Source: Candidatus Caldarchaeales archaeon
Lineage (GTDB): Archaea > Thermoproteota > Nitrososphaeria_A > Caldarchaeales > Wolframiiraptoraceae
Reading direction: 5' to 3'
Length of the DNA: 64,000 nt
Assembly: GCA_039630055.1 (NCBI GenBank)
Contig: JBCNVN010000001.1
Location: 164,746-228,745, forward strand
In this document: in pieces, positions 9,256 through 19,165 of the stretch
Layout: each line of letters begins with the position of its first letter
How positions within the stretch are numbered: position 1 is the first letter of the stretch
Translations under genes and position numbers: made by a program
The notes under the pieces: generated by a model
Databases searched by the model: none
The model's input: only the letters and a program-made list of their open reading frames with translations
What the model was told of the DNA's origin: nothing

Positions 9256-10050
9256 ATGGTTCAGAATAGATGGAGGTTTAATCAGCTCGAAGACTCTAAG
9301 ATCTTCTTGACTAGAGAAGGGGAAAAGGCAGATCTAAGAAACTCCTACTTGATCGAGTCTTCTCCAAGTCCAGGTGCAGCTGGATTCATCGCCTTGATGC
9401 ATCTAATCGACCTTCTTAAACCTGTGAAAATAGGTGAAGTAAGATCTCCACACTTTCCACAGATTAGTATTGTTGATGAAAATGGGGTGGCGACATTACC
9501 CAAGATCGAGCTATACTTCTTTAACGGAGAAGTTAAACTATTGTTTATGGTGAGAAACTTCCCGATAGAGAGTAGTGAAGGCTGCTATCATGTTTCGAGA
9601 AAGCTTTATGATTTCTTTAAATCTCGAGGGGTTAAAGCTTACTATGCATTGGCTAGCTCAAGGATTCTAGGAGAACCAATAGTTTACGTCGCCTCTACTA
9701 GTATAGCCCATGCAAAAAACTTGCTCGATGCAGGTGCAAAGCTATCCCCAAACCTTGACACTCTACCAATCGATAAATTCACGGCCCAGATGCTCTCCTT
9801 CTTCACCAGATCCGATGAAAATGCCTTTCTACTAATCTCTGAAGTCTACTCTTATCTTCCAGACCCTGCTGCTGCAAAACGCCTACTTGAAGTCTTGTCT
9901 AGAGCTTTGAAGTTCAACGTGGATATGGAGAAGCTTGATAGAGAGATAGAAAAGCAGAGGAAGATGATTGAAGAGTTCCAGAGAGGATTTAGTCGTATAA
10001 TTCCAGAGAAAGAAGAAGAGCCTAGTAAAGAACCCTTCTATATAGGTTAG
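9256..10050 (+). CDS. PAC2 family proteasome assembly chaperone
   Basis: PGAAGFIALMHLI, SPHFPQ, PDPAAAKRLL, C-terminal HbYX-like FYIG; conserved position after nop10. Confidence 0.85.
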   Translation: MVQNRWRFNQLEDSKIFLTREGEKADLRNSYLIESSPSPGAAGFIALMHLIDLLKPVKIGEVRSPHFPQISIVDENGVATLPKIELYFFNGEVKLLFMVRNFPIESSEGCYHVSRKLYDFFKSRGVKAYYALASSRILGEPIVYVASTSIAHAKNLLDAGAKLSPNLDTLPIDKFTAQMLSFFTRSDENAFLLISEVYSYLPDPAAAKRLLEVLSRALKFNVDMEKLDREIEKQRKMIEEFQRGFSRIIPEKEEEPSKEPFYIG

Positions 10051-10060
10051 AATCTCTCTA

Positions 10061-12145
10061 TCAATCTACTATCTCGTAGATATAGATGTATGCAAAACTG
10101 CTGTAAGGCTCGCTAGATCCATAGATGAGTAAGAAGTGATTTAGAGTAGAAGGCTGATAGACGTGTCCTGTAACACCCGAGTAGACTTGTTGAGGCTTGT
10201 AGGGTATAAGCTGACCGAGAAGAGTCTCTGACCAGAATTTGCTTGTAGGATTTCCCCGCTCATCGAGATAATCCTCCTCATTAAATTGGTAGCCCACCTG
10301 TTTGGCAATCCTCAGCATCCAGATCCATTTCGCCTCATCACCATATCCCAATAGGGTTGGAATGCTTCCAGAGGCTCCAGCCCTCCCTCCATGGGTTACG
10401 AATATCAAGACATGTGTTGCTCCAAGCTTCTTAAATACTCTGTAAGCAGTCTCTTCGTCAGACATGAATGCATAGGCTACCTCTCCGATATGAGTAGTGT
10501 TCAACGTTGCATTATCAACCAAGCTGGTATGGTTTCCTAAGATGGTTATCCAGTATCCATAATCCCACCATGAAGCTACCACGGCATCGTTTGGAAGATT
10601 ATCTCTCATCCAGCTTAATGCTCTAAGCCAGTCTGCAATACTTGATTTGACCGGTAAGCTTGAAGATACAACGGTAGGTGGAGAGTATCCTGCATCTATA
10701 GCTGAGATAGAGTATCTGAAGCCGTAGACGGCTGGAACAAGATTAACGGTCAAGAGTATCGTAATGATTATAGGGGTCAGAATATAGTATTCTACACCTA
10801 TACTTCTCACTTTCTCCTTCTTTGAATATGTTACTCTAATGTTGTGGGCGAGACCTCTAAATATCTCGGCTAAACCATATCCGGCTACGATAGCTATAGC
10901 TGGAGCTGCCAAGATCGTTAATCTCACCATCGTTGAAGCAAAGTAGATGACGAATAATGTCAGTAGCACCATGAATATATCTATATCCTCTCTTCTCTTC
11001 AATAGATAGTATACTCCTGCTGGAAGTAGGAATAGTTTGAAGCCTGCATCAGAGAATAGTACGGCCCAGGTAGATATCTGGTTTTCTGCAACAGATATAA
11101 CGATTGGAAGCGTAGATCTTAAGGTTGGGACAACGGTGCTGAGGAATTTAAGCCCTGGAAGTCCGAGACTACCTATAGAGACCAGCGATACTAAAGCTAT
11201 TAAACCACCTATCAAAACATAGTGTGGGAGATTCCCGAGAAGATTCGGTCTAAGTTTTCTTACCTCAAATGAGGTCAAGTATATGAAGACAGCGATAGAA
11301 GTAATGACCGTTGCTTCTCTGAGAAAGTCAAGTCCGAGTTTAGGCACCATTACAGCTATAGAGGTATATAGAAGAGCTGTAATAGAGTATGAGACTAGAA
11401 GCTTCCTCCTATATCTACCGATTAAAGCTATAAAACCTGTGAATATAGGTATAAACATGATTGGAAATCTGGAGGCACCCCAGCTTGCTGTAACATAGCC
11501 TAGAGAGACCCCGCTGATTATCGAGTAGATTATGAGGCTCCTCCAGCTTCTATCCTTCTTGATCGCTAAGAGATATGTGAGGAACCCGAGCATCATAAAT
11601 GGGATGCTCACGCTCTCATCATCAAACCAGCCGAGATGGGTTCTACCTATACTTGCATTGCTCAAGGCCATTAGGAAGCCGGCAAAGAATCCCGTGGGCT
11701 TCCCTCCCAACTCTCTACCTAGTAAGAAGGCCAAGAAGACTGCTAATGTACCCATTATTGGAGGTAGGAAGGAGGCAAGTTCAAGTGGATCTACATGGAA
11801 CCCCACACCATTGATTAGATGGTAGATGAACGCGGCTAGGAATGGTAATCCTGGAAAGGCAGTTTTACCTACATCCCTACCATATGGATACCATGATTCA
11901 TAATCATGCCATCTGGAGAACTCTAGGAATCCACTCCAACCTCTCTCTACTACATACATCATCTCTCTATACTGCATCCATGGATCGAACTCGCTCAAGT
12001 ATAGGCCCCATCTTAGAGGAAGTATCCTGACAAAGAACGCTATACATAGTATTAAAAACAATATCGTTACCTCGATAAATATTGATCTCCCTTGGAAAAC
12101 TCTTCTAATAGAGCTGATTATCCACCTTCTCCTCATCCTATCCAT
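10061..12145 (-). CDS. aglB: Oligosaccharyltransferase AglB (STT3)
   Basis: EFDPW, WFDDE, SVAENQ, WWDYGYW and DNAT motifs; many TM helices. Confidence 0.96.
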   Translation of the reverse strand: MDRMRRRWIISSIRRVFQGRSIFIEVTILFLILCIAFFVRILPLRWGLYLSEFDPWMQYREMMYVVERGWSGFLEFSRWHDYESWYPYGRDVGKTAFPGLPFLAAFIYHLINGVGFHVDPLELASFLPPIMGTLAVFLAFLLGRELGGKPTGFFAGFLMALSNASIGRTHLGWFDDESVSIPFMMLGFLTYLLAIKKDRSWRSLIIYSIISGVSLGYVTASWGASRFPIMFIPIFTGFIALIGRYRRKLLVSYSITALLYTSIAVMVPKLGLDFLREATVITSIAVFIYLTSFEVRKLRPNLLGNLPHYVLIGGLIALVSLVSIGSLGLPGLKFLSTVVPTLRSTLPIVISVAENQISTWAVLFSDAGFKLFLLPAGVYYLLKRREDIDIFMVLLTLFVIYFASTMVRLTILAAPAIAIVAGYGLAEIFRGLAHNIRVTYSKKEKVRSIGVEYYILTPIIITILLTVNLVPAVYGFRYSISAIDAGYSPPTVVSSSLPVKSSIADWLRALSWMRDNLPNDAVVASWWDYGYWITILGNHTSLVDNATLNTTHIGEVAYAFMSDEETAYRVFKKLGATHVLIFVTHGGRAGASGSIPTLLGYGDEAKWIWMLRIAKQVGYQFNEEDYLDERGNPTSKFWSETLLGQLIPYKPQQVYSGVTGHVYQPSTLNHFLLIYGSSEPYSSFAYIYIYEIVD

Positions 12146-12424
12146 TAAACATTCGATCGAGAATCCACGTATTTAACATTTTGTGCTAAATTATCGAAGC
12201 CTAATCTAAAACTATCTAGATAGATTCAAAATAGATATTGTAAATTCTATTTTAATCATGAACTGTAGGGTTGGGAGTTTTCAAAAATGGGAACATTATC
12301 TGGAAGGAAGATCTAACTGATCATATTAAAAGTAGATGTATCGTGGGTATCCTATCTTTGTCCTAATCTATACTGTAGATAAAGTGCAAGAAGTGCTAAT
12401 GCAAAGATTATTACTGTAAATAGG

Positions 12425-12862
12425 TTAATCAGCTCCATTATTACCAATCTCCTTTGGTCTCGCTTTACTGAGTCTTGAGAGGATCAACAATAATACGATT
12501 AGTGTTGCTAGCATGATCCCTAGAATTGCGGAGTAAGCTTCTACTGGTAGATAGCTATACACAGTCATTGTAACAATACTGGTAGAGATGATGGTAGTCG
12601 TTCTTAGCAGTAGCAATGTATCGGTCTTGAATAGGGTTGAGAATTCTGTAATAGTCTCCACCATCGTAATATATTCTCTAACTATCTTTGTAGTTGTCAA
12701 AGTAATTGGAGCGCCAGTATAAGTATACACTGTCTCTGTAATGGTAGGATTGTCGTTTAGATAATCTTTCACATCTGCTCTAGTAGTATTTGACAAAACG
12801 CCTAAAGACAATATCAATAATAATAACAGTATAGACAATCTACTCTTCAATAGATCCATCAC
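12425..12862 (-). CDS. Small secreted Thr-rich protein with C-terminal membrane anchor
   Basis: Signal-like N-terminus, Thr-rich core, C-terminal hydrophobic helix. Confidence 0.6.
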   Translation of the reverse strand: MMDLLKSRLSILLLLLILSLGVLSNTTRADVKDYLNDNPTITETVYTYTGAPITLTTTKIVREYITMVETITEFSTLFKTDTLLLLRTTTIISTSIVTMTVYSYLPVEAYSAILGIMLATLIVLLLILSRLSKARPKEIGNNGAD

Positions 12863-15242
12863 CTTCTAGATTTAATCTCATCTTAAATTTCCACATCTTA
12901 TGAAGTCTCCACACTATGATGGAGAGGATAGTGATCAAGGTTAGCTGGAGGAATATTATTAGAGGGGCATCGATTATAGGGGTAAGCACCCATAATATCT
13001 GGATAACTCTATCCCCGTTGATCTCTTCGATCCCAAATGGATTTAGTGCTCTCCACCTGAAACCTAACAATTCCATGAAACTATCTGCAGGAGATACTTG
13101 AGGCTCAACCCTCCAAAATACTGTGGTCCCCTCAGGATATTCTCCTTCACCTATAAACAATCCTATATCGGTTTTTCCCTCTAATTTATGGTATCTTAAA
13201 ATACTATAATGTATAGATATATCTAACGGTCTCTCAACATAGAATGAGATTTGACCTGGATTATGAAACTCTAGGTCTCCTATAAAGCCTTTCAAGAAAA
13301 GTACTAGTCCATCATCATTCTTGAATTTATCGGGAAAGTAACATGTTAGAATAGTGTTCCGTAAGACCCATGATTCAGCAATCCCATCTACATAATTCCA
13401 TTCAACCATCCCAGGTGGACCATTACATATTGGATAAATATTCTCTAATCCCACAATTGTATGTACTCTTACAAGGAAATATCTTCTTACTTCTAACCAT
13501 ATTGTTCCAGGAGAATCTACTCTTAGAATAATCTCTCTACTATCTTTGAGATATTTATAGTTTAAGCTCGACTTGAAGCTTATCAATTCTATCCTCTCAC
13601 CTACTGATCTAGGAGATAAAAATCTATCCAGCAATACTCTATACTCTCCACCGAGGGATACCCATTCCTCTTCTACATCCTCCCTATCAAGATCTCTAAC
13701 AACGATCTTTATCATAGCCTCAATATTATAGTATAACGTGATGGTATCCGGTCTATCTACGAATATATAAACAAGGTCTCTATCCATCTTTATATTCAAA
13801 CTTGACACTATGTTTGATGGCTTAAATCTGTACTGTCCTGCTATAATCTCCTTAAATGGTATACGTAGAACCCCGTCCTTCTTTATCCAGTACTCTCCAA
13901 CATATTCAGATATCTGGCTTGGTAGAATCTCCATGATATCTTCTCTCTTAAATATGTCTTTAGAGATCGTAGGCTCAAATAACAATCTTATCTTGTAGTA
14001 TCTCTCATATACATAGCTTACACTATGAGTTGAATTTACTCTAAATAATCTAATATTATCATAATCTTTTCCATCTATTTTAATCTTTGAGAGTATATAC
14101 ATCTGGGAGCTGGTCTGTAAGATTCTTGGTGGCGAGACATCTACCTTACTTCCCGCCTTCACCCATTCTTTACCTTCGAGAATCTTCAAGACTATTTCAT
14201 CAGGTTCAACATCTCTAACTATTAGATACCATGGACTGTAGAAGAACTGTAGAGCAATCCTCCAACCAGGCTCAAGATATATTTCCCTTATACTGTTTTC
14301 CGCAACGTATTTTACATTGGTTGACAATTGAACCTCTTCTTGAACAGCAACCAGTAAAGTTGAAGCTTGAGATAAGGGAATGTCTAGATTATAGTCTATA
14401 CCTCCATATATGTACTTCTCAATGATGTCTCCACTAGGCAGTATTATCACCTGGACTTGTATCTTGAGGTTTACCGGTAAACCATTAACTCTAATCTTTA
14501 TTGTTGTCGGTATCGGATGAACGCTTATCTTACATATCTTTTCTTCTACCATTATCCAGGTATTATTTTCAAGATTAAGGTACTCGAGAATAGAGATCAC
14601 TTCTATCTCGCCCGGTTCCGATGGAGGAGATACCTGTCTATATAATGGGATCGTACCATTACCTTCTAACTCAAGCTCGATCATGGTCTCAAGCTCTCCA
14701 TCTACAATTATCCTCACCCTCGTCCTTATCTTATCTACCGAACTATACGTGAATGATAGATTCAGAGAGAACTTCTCATCGATTAATACATATGCTGGAC
14801 AGCTATAGTTAATGAATCTGAGAAATGGAGTCTCAGGTCTTGATCTTATAATTATCTTCAAGTATTCTTCTTCTAGAATCTGTCCACCATGCCATAGTTC
14901 TATCTTGATTGAATGATTACCTAACTCAGCATTCGGAGAAGTCTTTATATCTAAGATTGAGGTAAAAGGGGTCTCACCCGCTACTCTGGAGAGAGTATAG
15001 TTTAACCATGGAGGCTTCTCCGGTATTACTATTCTAACCCTTAAACCTTGAACTTCTTTACCTACGTTTATTTTAACCGATGCCTCATCTCCACTAAACA
15101 ACTCTATCTTATCGGGTTCTAGAGAGATCAAGTCTAGGGGATAGACTGCTTGAGATGAGAATAATGCGAATACTCCGATCATGAGGGATAATATCTTGAA
15201 GTATAGTTTAATCATCTCGATACCACTTACCGCCTCTCTCAA
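12840..15242 (-). CDS. Large cell-surface protein (beta-rich repeats, C-terminal TM anchor)
   Basis: N-terminal signal, Ig-like beta pattern, several NxS/T sequons, C-terminal TM followed by basic residues. Confidence 0.65.
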   Translation of the reverse strand: MREAVSGIEMIKLYFKILSLMIGVFALFSSQAVYPLDLISLEPDKIELFSGDEASVKINVGKEVQGLRVRIVIPEKPPWLNYTLSRVAGETPFTSILDIKTSPNAELGNHSIKIELWHGGQILEEEYLKIIIRSRPETPFLRFINYSCPAYVLIDEKFSLNLSFTYSSVDKIRTRVRIIVDGELETMIELELEGNGTIPLYRQVSPPSEPGEIEVISILEYLNLENNTWIMVEEKICKISVHPIPTTIKIRVNGLPVNLKIQVQVIILPSGDIIEKYIYGGIDYNLDIPLSQASTLLVAVQEEVQLSTNVKYVAENSIREIYLEPGWRIALQFFYSPWYLIVRDVEPDEIVLKILEGKEWVKAGSKVDVSPPRILQTSSQMYILSKIKIDGKDYDNIRLFRVNSTHSVSYVYERYYKIRLLFEPTISKDIFKREDIMEILPSQISEYVGEYWIKKDGVLRIPFKEIIAGQYRFKPSNIVSSLNIKMDRDLVYIFVDRPDTITLYYNIEAMIKIVVRDLDREDVEEEWVSLGGEYRVLLDRFLSPRSVGERIELISFKSSLNYKYLKDSREIILRVDSPGTIWLEVRRYFLVRVHTIVGLENIYPICNGPPGMVEWNYVDGIAESWVLRNTILTCYFPDKFKNDDGLVLFLKGFIGDLEFHNPGQISFYVERPLDISIHYSILRYHKLEGKTDIGLFIGEGEYPEGTTVFWRVEPQVSPADSFMELLGFRWRALNPFGIEEINGDRVIQILWVLTPIIDAPLIIFLQLTLITILSIIVWRLHKMWKFKMRLNLEGDGSIEE

Positions 15243-15877
15243 TAATGGTCTGTTAGAGTATAATGGAATACTTCTAGCATCTTCTTAACGACTAGTTTTT
15301 TGACTTTATCCATATCGACTTTTGTTTTAAGTATCTTCTCCATCGATGTCATGACTTCAGGGTCTAAACCGCAAGGTCTGATCAGCTTAAAATAATCTAG
15401 GTCGGTGTTAACATTTAAAGCAAATCCATGAAAAGTTATCCACTTCTTCAAAGCTAAACCTATAGAAGCTATCTTCTTATCTTTCACCCATACCCCAGGA
15501 TATCCCTCAACCCTCTCTGCATAAATATCAAAATCTTTTAAAGTTCTAATCAATACTTCTTCAATTTTTTGAACGAATTCTCTTATCGACATGTTCATAG
15601 AATTAAGGTCGACGATTAGGTAGCCTACTAACTGTCCTGGTCCATGGTATGTAGCCTCTCCCCCCCTCTCAACCTTGTAAACTTGGATATTGTCCACCTT
15701 AAAGCTGAGATCTTTCATTCTCTTACCAAGAGTTATCACATGAGGATGTTCAAGAAGAAGTAATGTGTCCGGGATCTTATCTTGAGCTCTCTCATCTACA
15801 AGATTGAGCTGCAGGTCATGCGCCCTTCCATACTCTATCAATCCTAGATCTTTTACCTGGAGTAATCTCAATATCAC
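15239..15877 (-). CDS. lipB: Octanoyltransferase LipB
   Basis: LLEHPHVITLG, RGGEATYHGPGQLVGY, KIASIG, HGFALNV, PCG. Confidence 0.95.
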   Translation of the reverse strand: MILRLLQVKDLGLIEYGRAHDLQLNLVDERAQDKIPDTLLLLEHPHVITLGKRMKDLSFKVDNIQVYKVERGGEATYHGPGQLVGYLIVDLNSMNMSIREFVQKIEEVLIRTLKDFDIYAERVEGYPGVWVKDKKIASIGLALKKWITFHGFALNVNTDLDYFKLIRPCGLDPEVMTSMEKILKTKVDMDKVKKLVVKKMLEVFHYTLTDHY

Positions 15878-17255
15878 TTCACCAGCATGTGGATAGGCTT
15901 GAAGATGGCTGCCTCGGCGACTTCAGAGAAAAGCTCGCTGAAGGTTGGATGTGGATGAATCACCTCGAGAGCTGTTCTACTGTCAGCCTTCTCTTAACCG
16001 CTATCCTGAACGCTTCTCCGATTAGCTCGGTTGCTCTAGCTCCAACTATTGTGAAATCTCCAGTATCTTTCCATCTTCCTGGTCTGGATATTATCCTTAT
16101 AAAACCTTCCGTTTCTTCATCTGCAATAGCTCTACCAAGTGAAGAATAACTGAATCTACTAACTTACTTTGTAGTCTTCTTCTCAGCCTCGCTCCTACTA
16201 TAAATGGACAGAGGCTATCTCTGGATTCTGTAGATCGCTATAGGCACTATCGTGGGATTGAACCTGACCAGCATATTTTCCGCCGCGATAATCCCTTGTC
16301 TAGAAGCTTTATGAGCAAGAAATGGTGGACCGGTCACATCTCCAACCGCATAGACATTCTCTAGATTCGTCCTACAATATCGGTCTACTCTTATAAACCC
16401 TCTCTCGTCTAGATCTATCCCGAGATCTTCAAGGCCGAGGCCACTGATCGATGGCTTCTTACCAACCGCTACCAGAACGTAGTCTGACACCTCTTCTATC
16501 ATCTCCTTTGGAGTCTCTATAATAGTCTTAACTTTGTCTCCTAATATCTGTGAAGATAAGACCTTAGATGAGAGATTTATTTTTACCCCGATCTCTTTAA
16601 GCCTTCTCTCAACCATCTTGGTGACATCCTTATCGAGACCTGGTAATAGCTGATCCATTATCTCTACGATGGTTACATTACTTCCAAGCTTGGCGAACAT
16701 TGTCCCAAGCTCTAGACCTATCGCTCCTCCCCCGACGATTAGCAGTTTCTCCGGAATCTTCTCCAACTCTAATGCCTCCCTCGACGTTATTATCTTCTTA
16801 CCATCATAAGGAACAGTATTGAGAGATATCTGGGATGCACCTGTAGATACTATAAGATATTCTCCAGAGATCTCTCTTACAGAACCATTCTTCTCTTCTA
16901 ATCTTATCTTTAAACTAGGCTTGATAGTTGCTTTTCCAGAATATATCTTTACACCATATCCTTTCAATAAGAATTCTACACCCTCTCTGATCTTTTCGAC
17001 AAGCCTCTTCTTCTTCTCTTGTAGATAGCCCCAATCTATTCTACCATTCTTCAAGACTCCTACTCTTGAAAGCCTATAATACTGGTTAACATTCTCTATA
17101 AGTATCTTGGATGGTATGCATCCATAGTTTAGACATTCTCCTCCGAGAAGCTCCTTCTCAATTATCGCTGTCTTGATACCCAACTGCGCAAGTCTAATAG
17201 CTGCTACATATCCTCCTGGTCCACCGCCTATTACGACTGCACCATAATTCTCCAT
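15874..17255 (-). CDS. lpdA: Dihydrolipoamide dehydrogenase; C-terminal ~110 codons broken by several indels (assembly error or pseudogene)
   Basis: GGGPGG, GGECLNYGCIPSK, GDV...LAHKA; downstream of 16215 the fragments NPEIASV, SLGRAIADEETEGFIRII, VGARATELIGEA and IHPHPTFSE...KPIHMLVK* lie in shifted frames; the final TGA overlaps the lipB GTG. Confidence 0.9.
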
Positions 17256-17269
17256 TCCACTACAGCCTC

Positions 17270-18154
17270 CTATGTCTCTCCTCCTCTACTTATTATCGCT
17301 CTCAGATAGAATTCTGAAGCGAGATAAGAACTTCTAGCTAGCGGCCCTGAAGCAACATATCTGAAACCAAGCTCCTCTCCTATCCTTCTAAGTTTCTCGA
17401 ATCTTTCAGGGCTTACATATTCTTTTACTGGTATCTGTCTTCTACTTGGTCTTAGATACTGTCCTAGAGTAAGGAAGTCTACACCGATACTCCTCAAATC
17501 TTTCATGGCCTCGACCACCTCTATCTCCTCCTCTCCCAACCCGAGCATTAGAGAAGACTTGGTAAATAGCTTTGGATTAATTTCTTTAACCAGTTCTAGT
17601 GTTTTTAATGATTTTTCGTATCCAGCTCTAGGATCCCGGACGATTGGGGTCAGCCTTCTCACAGTCTCAAGATTGTGGCCTAAGACATCAGGACCACTCT
17701 CAACGACCATTCTTATTGAACCATAATCATTATTGAAATCTGGTATAAGTACTTCAACCAATGCTCCCGTATTTTTCTTTATCTCTCTTATCGTCTCGGC
17801 ATAGATTGAAGCACCACCATCTCTCAAGTCATCCCTAGTAACAGATGTTATAACGACGTATCTTAACCCAAGTTTTTTCACTGCTTCTACAACTCTCTTC
17901 GGCTCATCTAAGTCAACTCTCCCCTCTGGGTTTCCAGCCTTCACTGCACAGAATCTACATGATCTTGTACATATATCTCCTAATATCATTATTGTGGCCG
18001 TACCATGACCCCAGCACTCAGAGATATTTGGGCATAAGGCTTCTTCACAGACAGTTTTTAGATTGGATCTCTTTAAAATAGCATTTACTCTCATATACTC
18101 TTGACCAGAAGGCAATCTAACCCTAATCCAGCTAGGCTTGCGGAGGCTCTCCAT
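17270..18154 (-). CDS. lipA: Lipoyl synthase LipA
   Basis: RKPSWIR, TVCEEALCPNISECW, CTRSCRFC radical-SAM motif, GQYLRP, RSSY. Confidence 0.97.
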   Translation of the reverse strand: MESLRKPSWIRVRLPSGQEYMRVNAILKRSNLKTVCEEALCPNISECWGHGTATIMILGDICTRSCRFCAVKAGNPEGRVDLDEPKRVVEAVKKLGLRYVVITSVTRDDLRDGGASIYAETIREIKKNTGALVEVLIPDFNNDYGSIRMVVESGPDVLGHNLETVRRLTPIVRDPRAGYEKSLKTLELVKEINPKLFTKSSLMLGLGEEEIEVVEAMKDLRSIGVDFLTLGQYLRPSRRQIPVKEYVSPERFEKLRRIGEELGFRYVASGPLARSSYLASEFYLRAIISRGGET

Positions 18155-18191
18155 CTACATAGTCTTAAAAATTGGATGATAGTAAAAAACA

Positions 18192-18283
18192 TATTCTTAA
18201 CTATTTTTTAATATGAATTTAAGAATCTCATTATCGATAACCGTCGATTTAACAGTCTTCTTTCTGAAAAATAGTTAAGAATA
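18192..18283. promoter_or_regulatory. Perfect 17-bp inverted repeat (mirror promoters) with central palindrome between lipA and porG
   Basis: TATTCTTAACTATTTTT (18192-18208) and AAAAATAGTTAAGAATA (18267-18283); TTATCGATAA palindrome at 18231-18240. Confidence 0.7.
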
Positions 18284-18312
18284 GAAATTACATATTTAGA
18301 TTTGAGGAACTT

Positions 18313-18867
18313 TTGATTGAGATCAGGTGGCATGGAAGGGGCGGTCAAGGAATAGTAACAGTAAGCGACATATTAGCGAGATCAATAATATTGGAGGGAA
18401 AGTATGCACAGCATTTTCCTGAGTTTGGACCTGAAAGATCTGGAGCACCAGTAAAAGCATTTACAAGAATCTCCGATGAACCGATAGAGATCCATACTGG
18501 AATATATGCACCTGATATTGTGGTAATCGTGGATGAGGGTATGTCTAAAAACTTCCATCCATATATTGAAGGATTGAAGGAGAATGGATTATTATTCCTG
18601 AATCTTGGAGATGCATCTAAGCTACATAAACAAGATCTTCCAAACAGTATTCGAGCATACGTAGTCAATGCTAAAAAGATATCTCTTGAAGAGGCTGGTA
18701 GACCGATATTCAACATCCCAATGTTGGGTGGTTTAGTTAAACTATTAAGAATGCCTAGTTTAAGTATAATCGAAGAAGTCTTGAGTAAGAGATTCTCAAG
18801 CGATCTGTTAGAGGTAAACATAAGAATATTGAAGAGAGCTTATGATGAGGTGGAGATTATTGTCTGA
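18313..18867 (+). CDS. porG: Pyruvate/2-oxoacid:ferredoxin oxidoreductase gamma subunit
   Basis: IEIRWHGRGGQG, FPEFGPERSGAPV. Confidence 0.93.
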   Translation: MIEIRWHGRGGQGIVTVSDILARSIILEGKYAQHFPEFGPERSGAPVKAFTRISDEPIEIHTGIYAPDIVVIVDEGMSKNFHPYIEGLKENGLLFLNLGDASKLHKQDLPNSIRAYVVNAKKISLEEAGRPIFNIPMLGGLVKLLRMPSLSIIEEVLSKRFSSDLLEVNIRILKRAYDEVEIIV

Positions 18868-19162
18868 GATAGATGTTAAAAAGATTATTAGAGGACAGTT
18901 TTCTTGGAGGACCCTCCCACCAGCCGCAATGGTTTTAGTACCCACATCACTTGAGTATAAGACGTATACTTGGAGGATAGAGAGACCTGAAATAGATCAA
19001 TCAAAATGTACGAGATGTTTACTGTGCTGGGTCTATTGTCCAGACATGTCTATAAGAAGACTTAATGATGGGAGGGTAGAGATTTACTATGAATTCTGTA
19101 AAGGATGTGGTATATGCGCTGAGGTATGTCCATCGAAAGCTATAAAGATGGTGGAGGAGTGA
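18842..19162 (+). CDS. porD: Pyruvate/2-oxoacid:ferredoxin oxidoreductase delta subunit
   Basis: TWR..RP, CTRCLLCWVYCP, CKGCGICAEVCP; start is possibly TTG at 18860. Confidence 0.93.
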   Translation: MMRWRLLSEIDVKKIIRGQFSWRTLPPAAMVLVPTSLEYKTYTWRIERPEIDQSKCTRCLLCWVYCPDMSIRRLNDGRVEIYYEFCKGCGICAEVCPSKAIKMVEE

Positions 19163-19165
19163 GCC

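Noticed and set aside
15889-16149. 86-aa plus-strand ORF
   Set aside because: Antisense to the frameshifted lpdA 3' end
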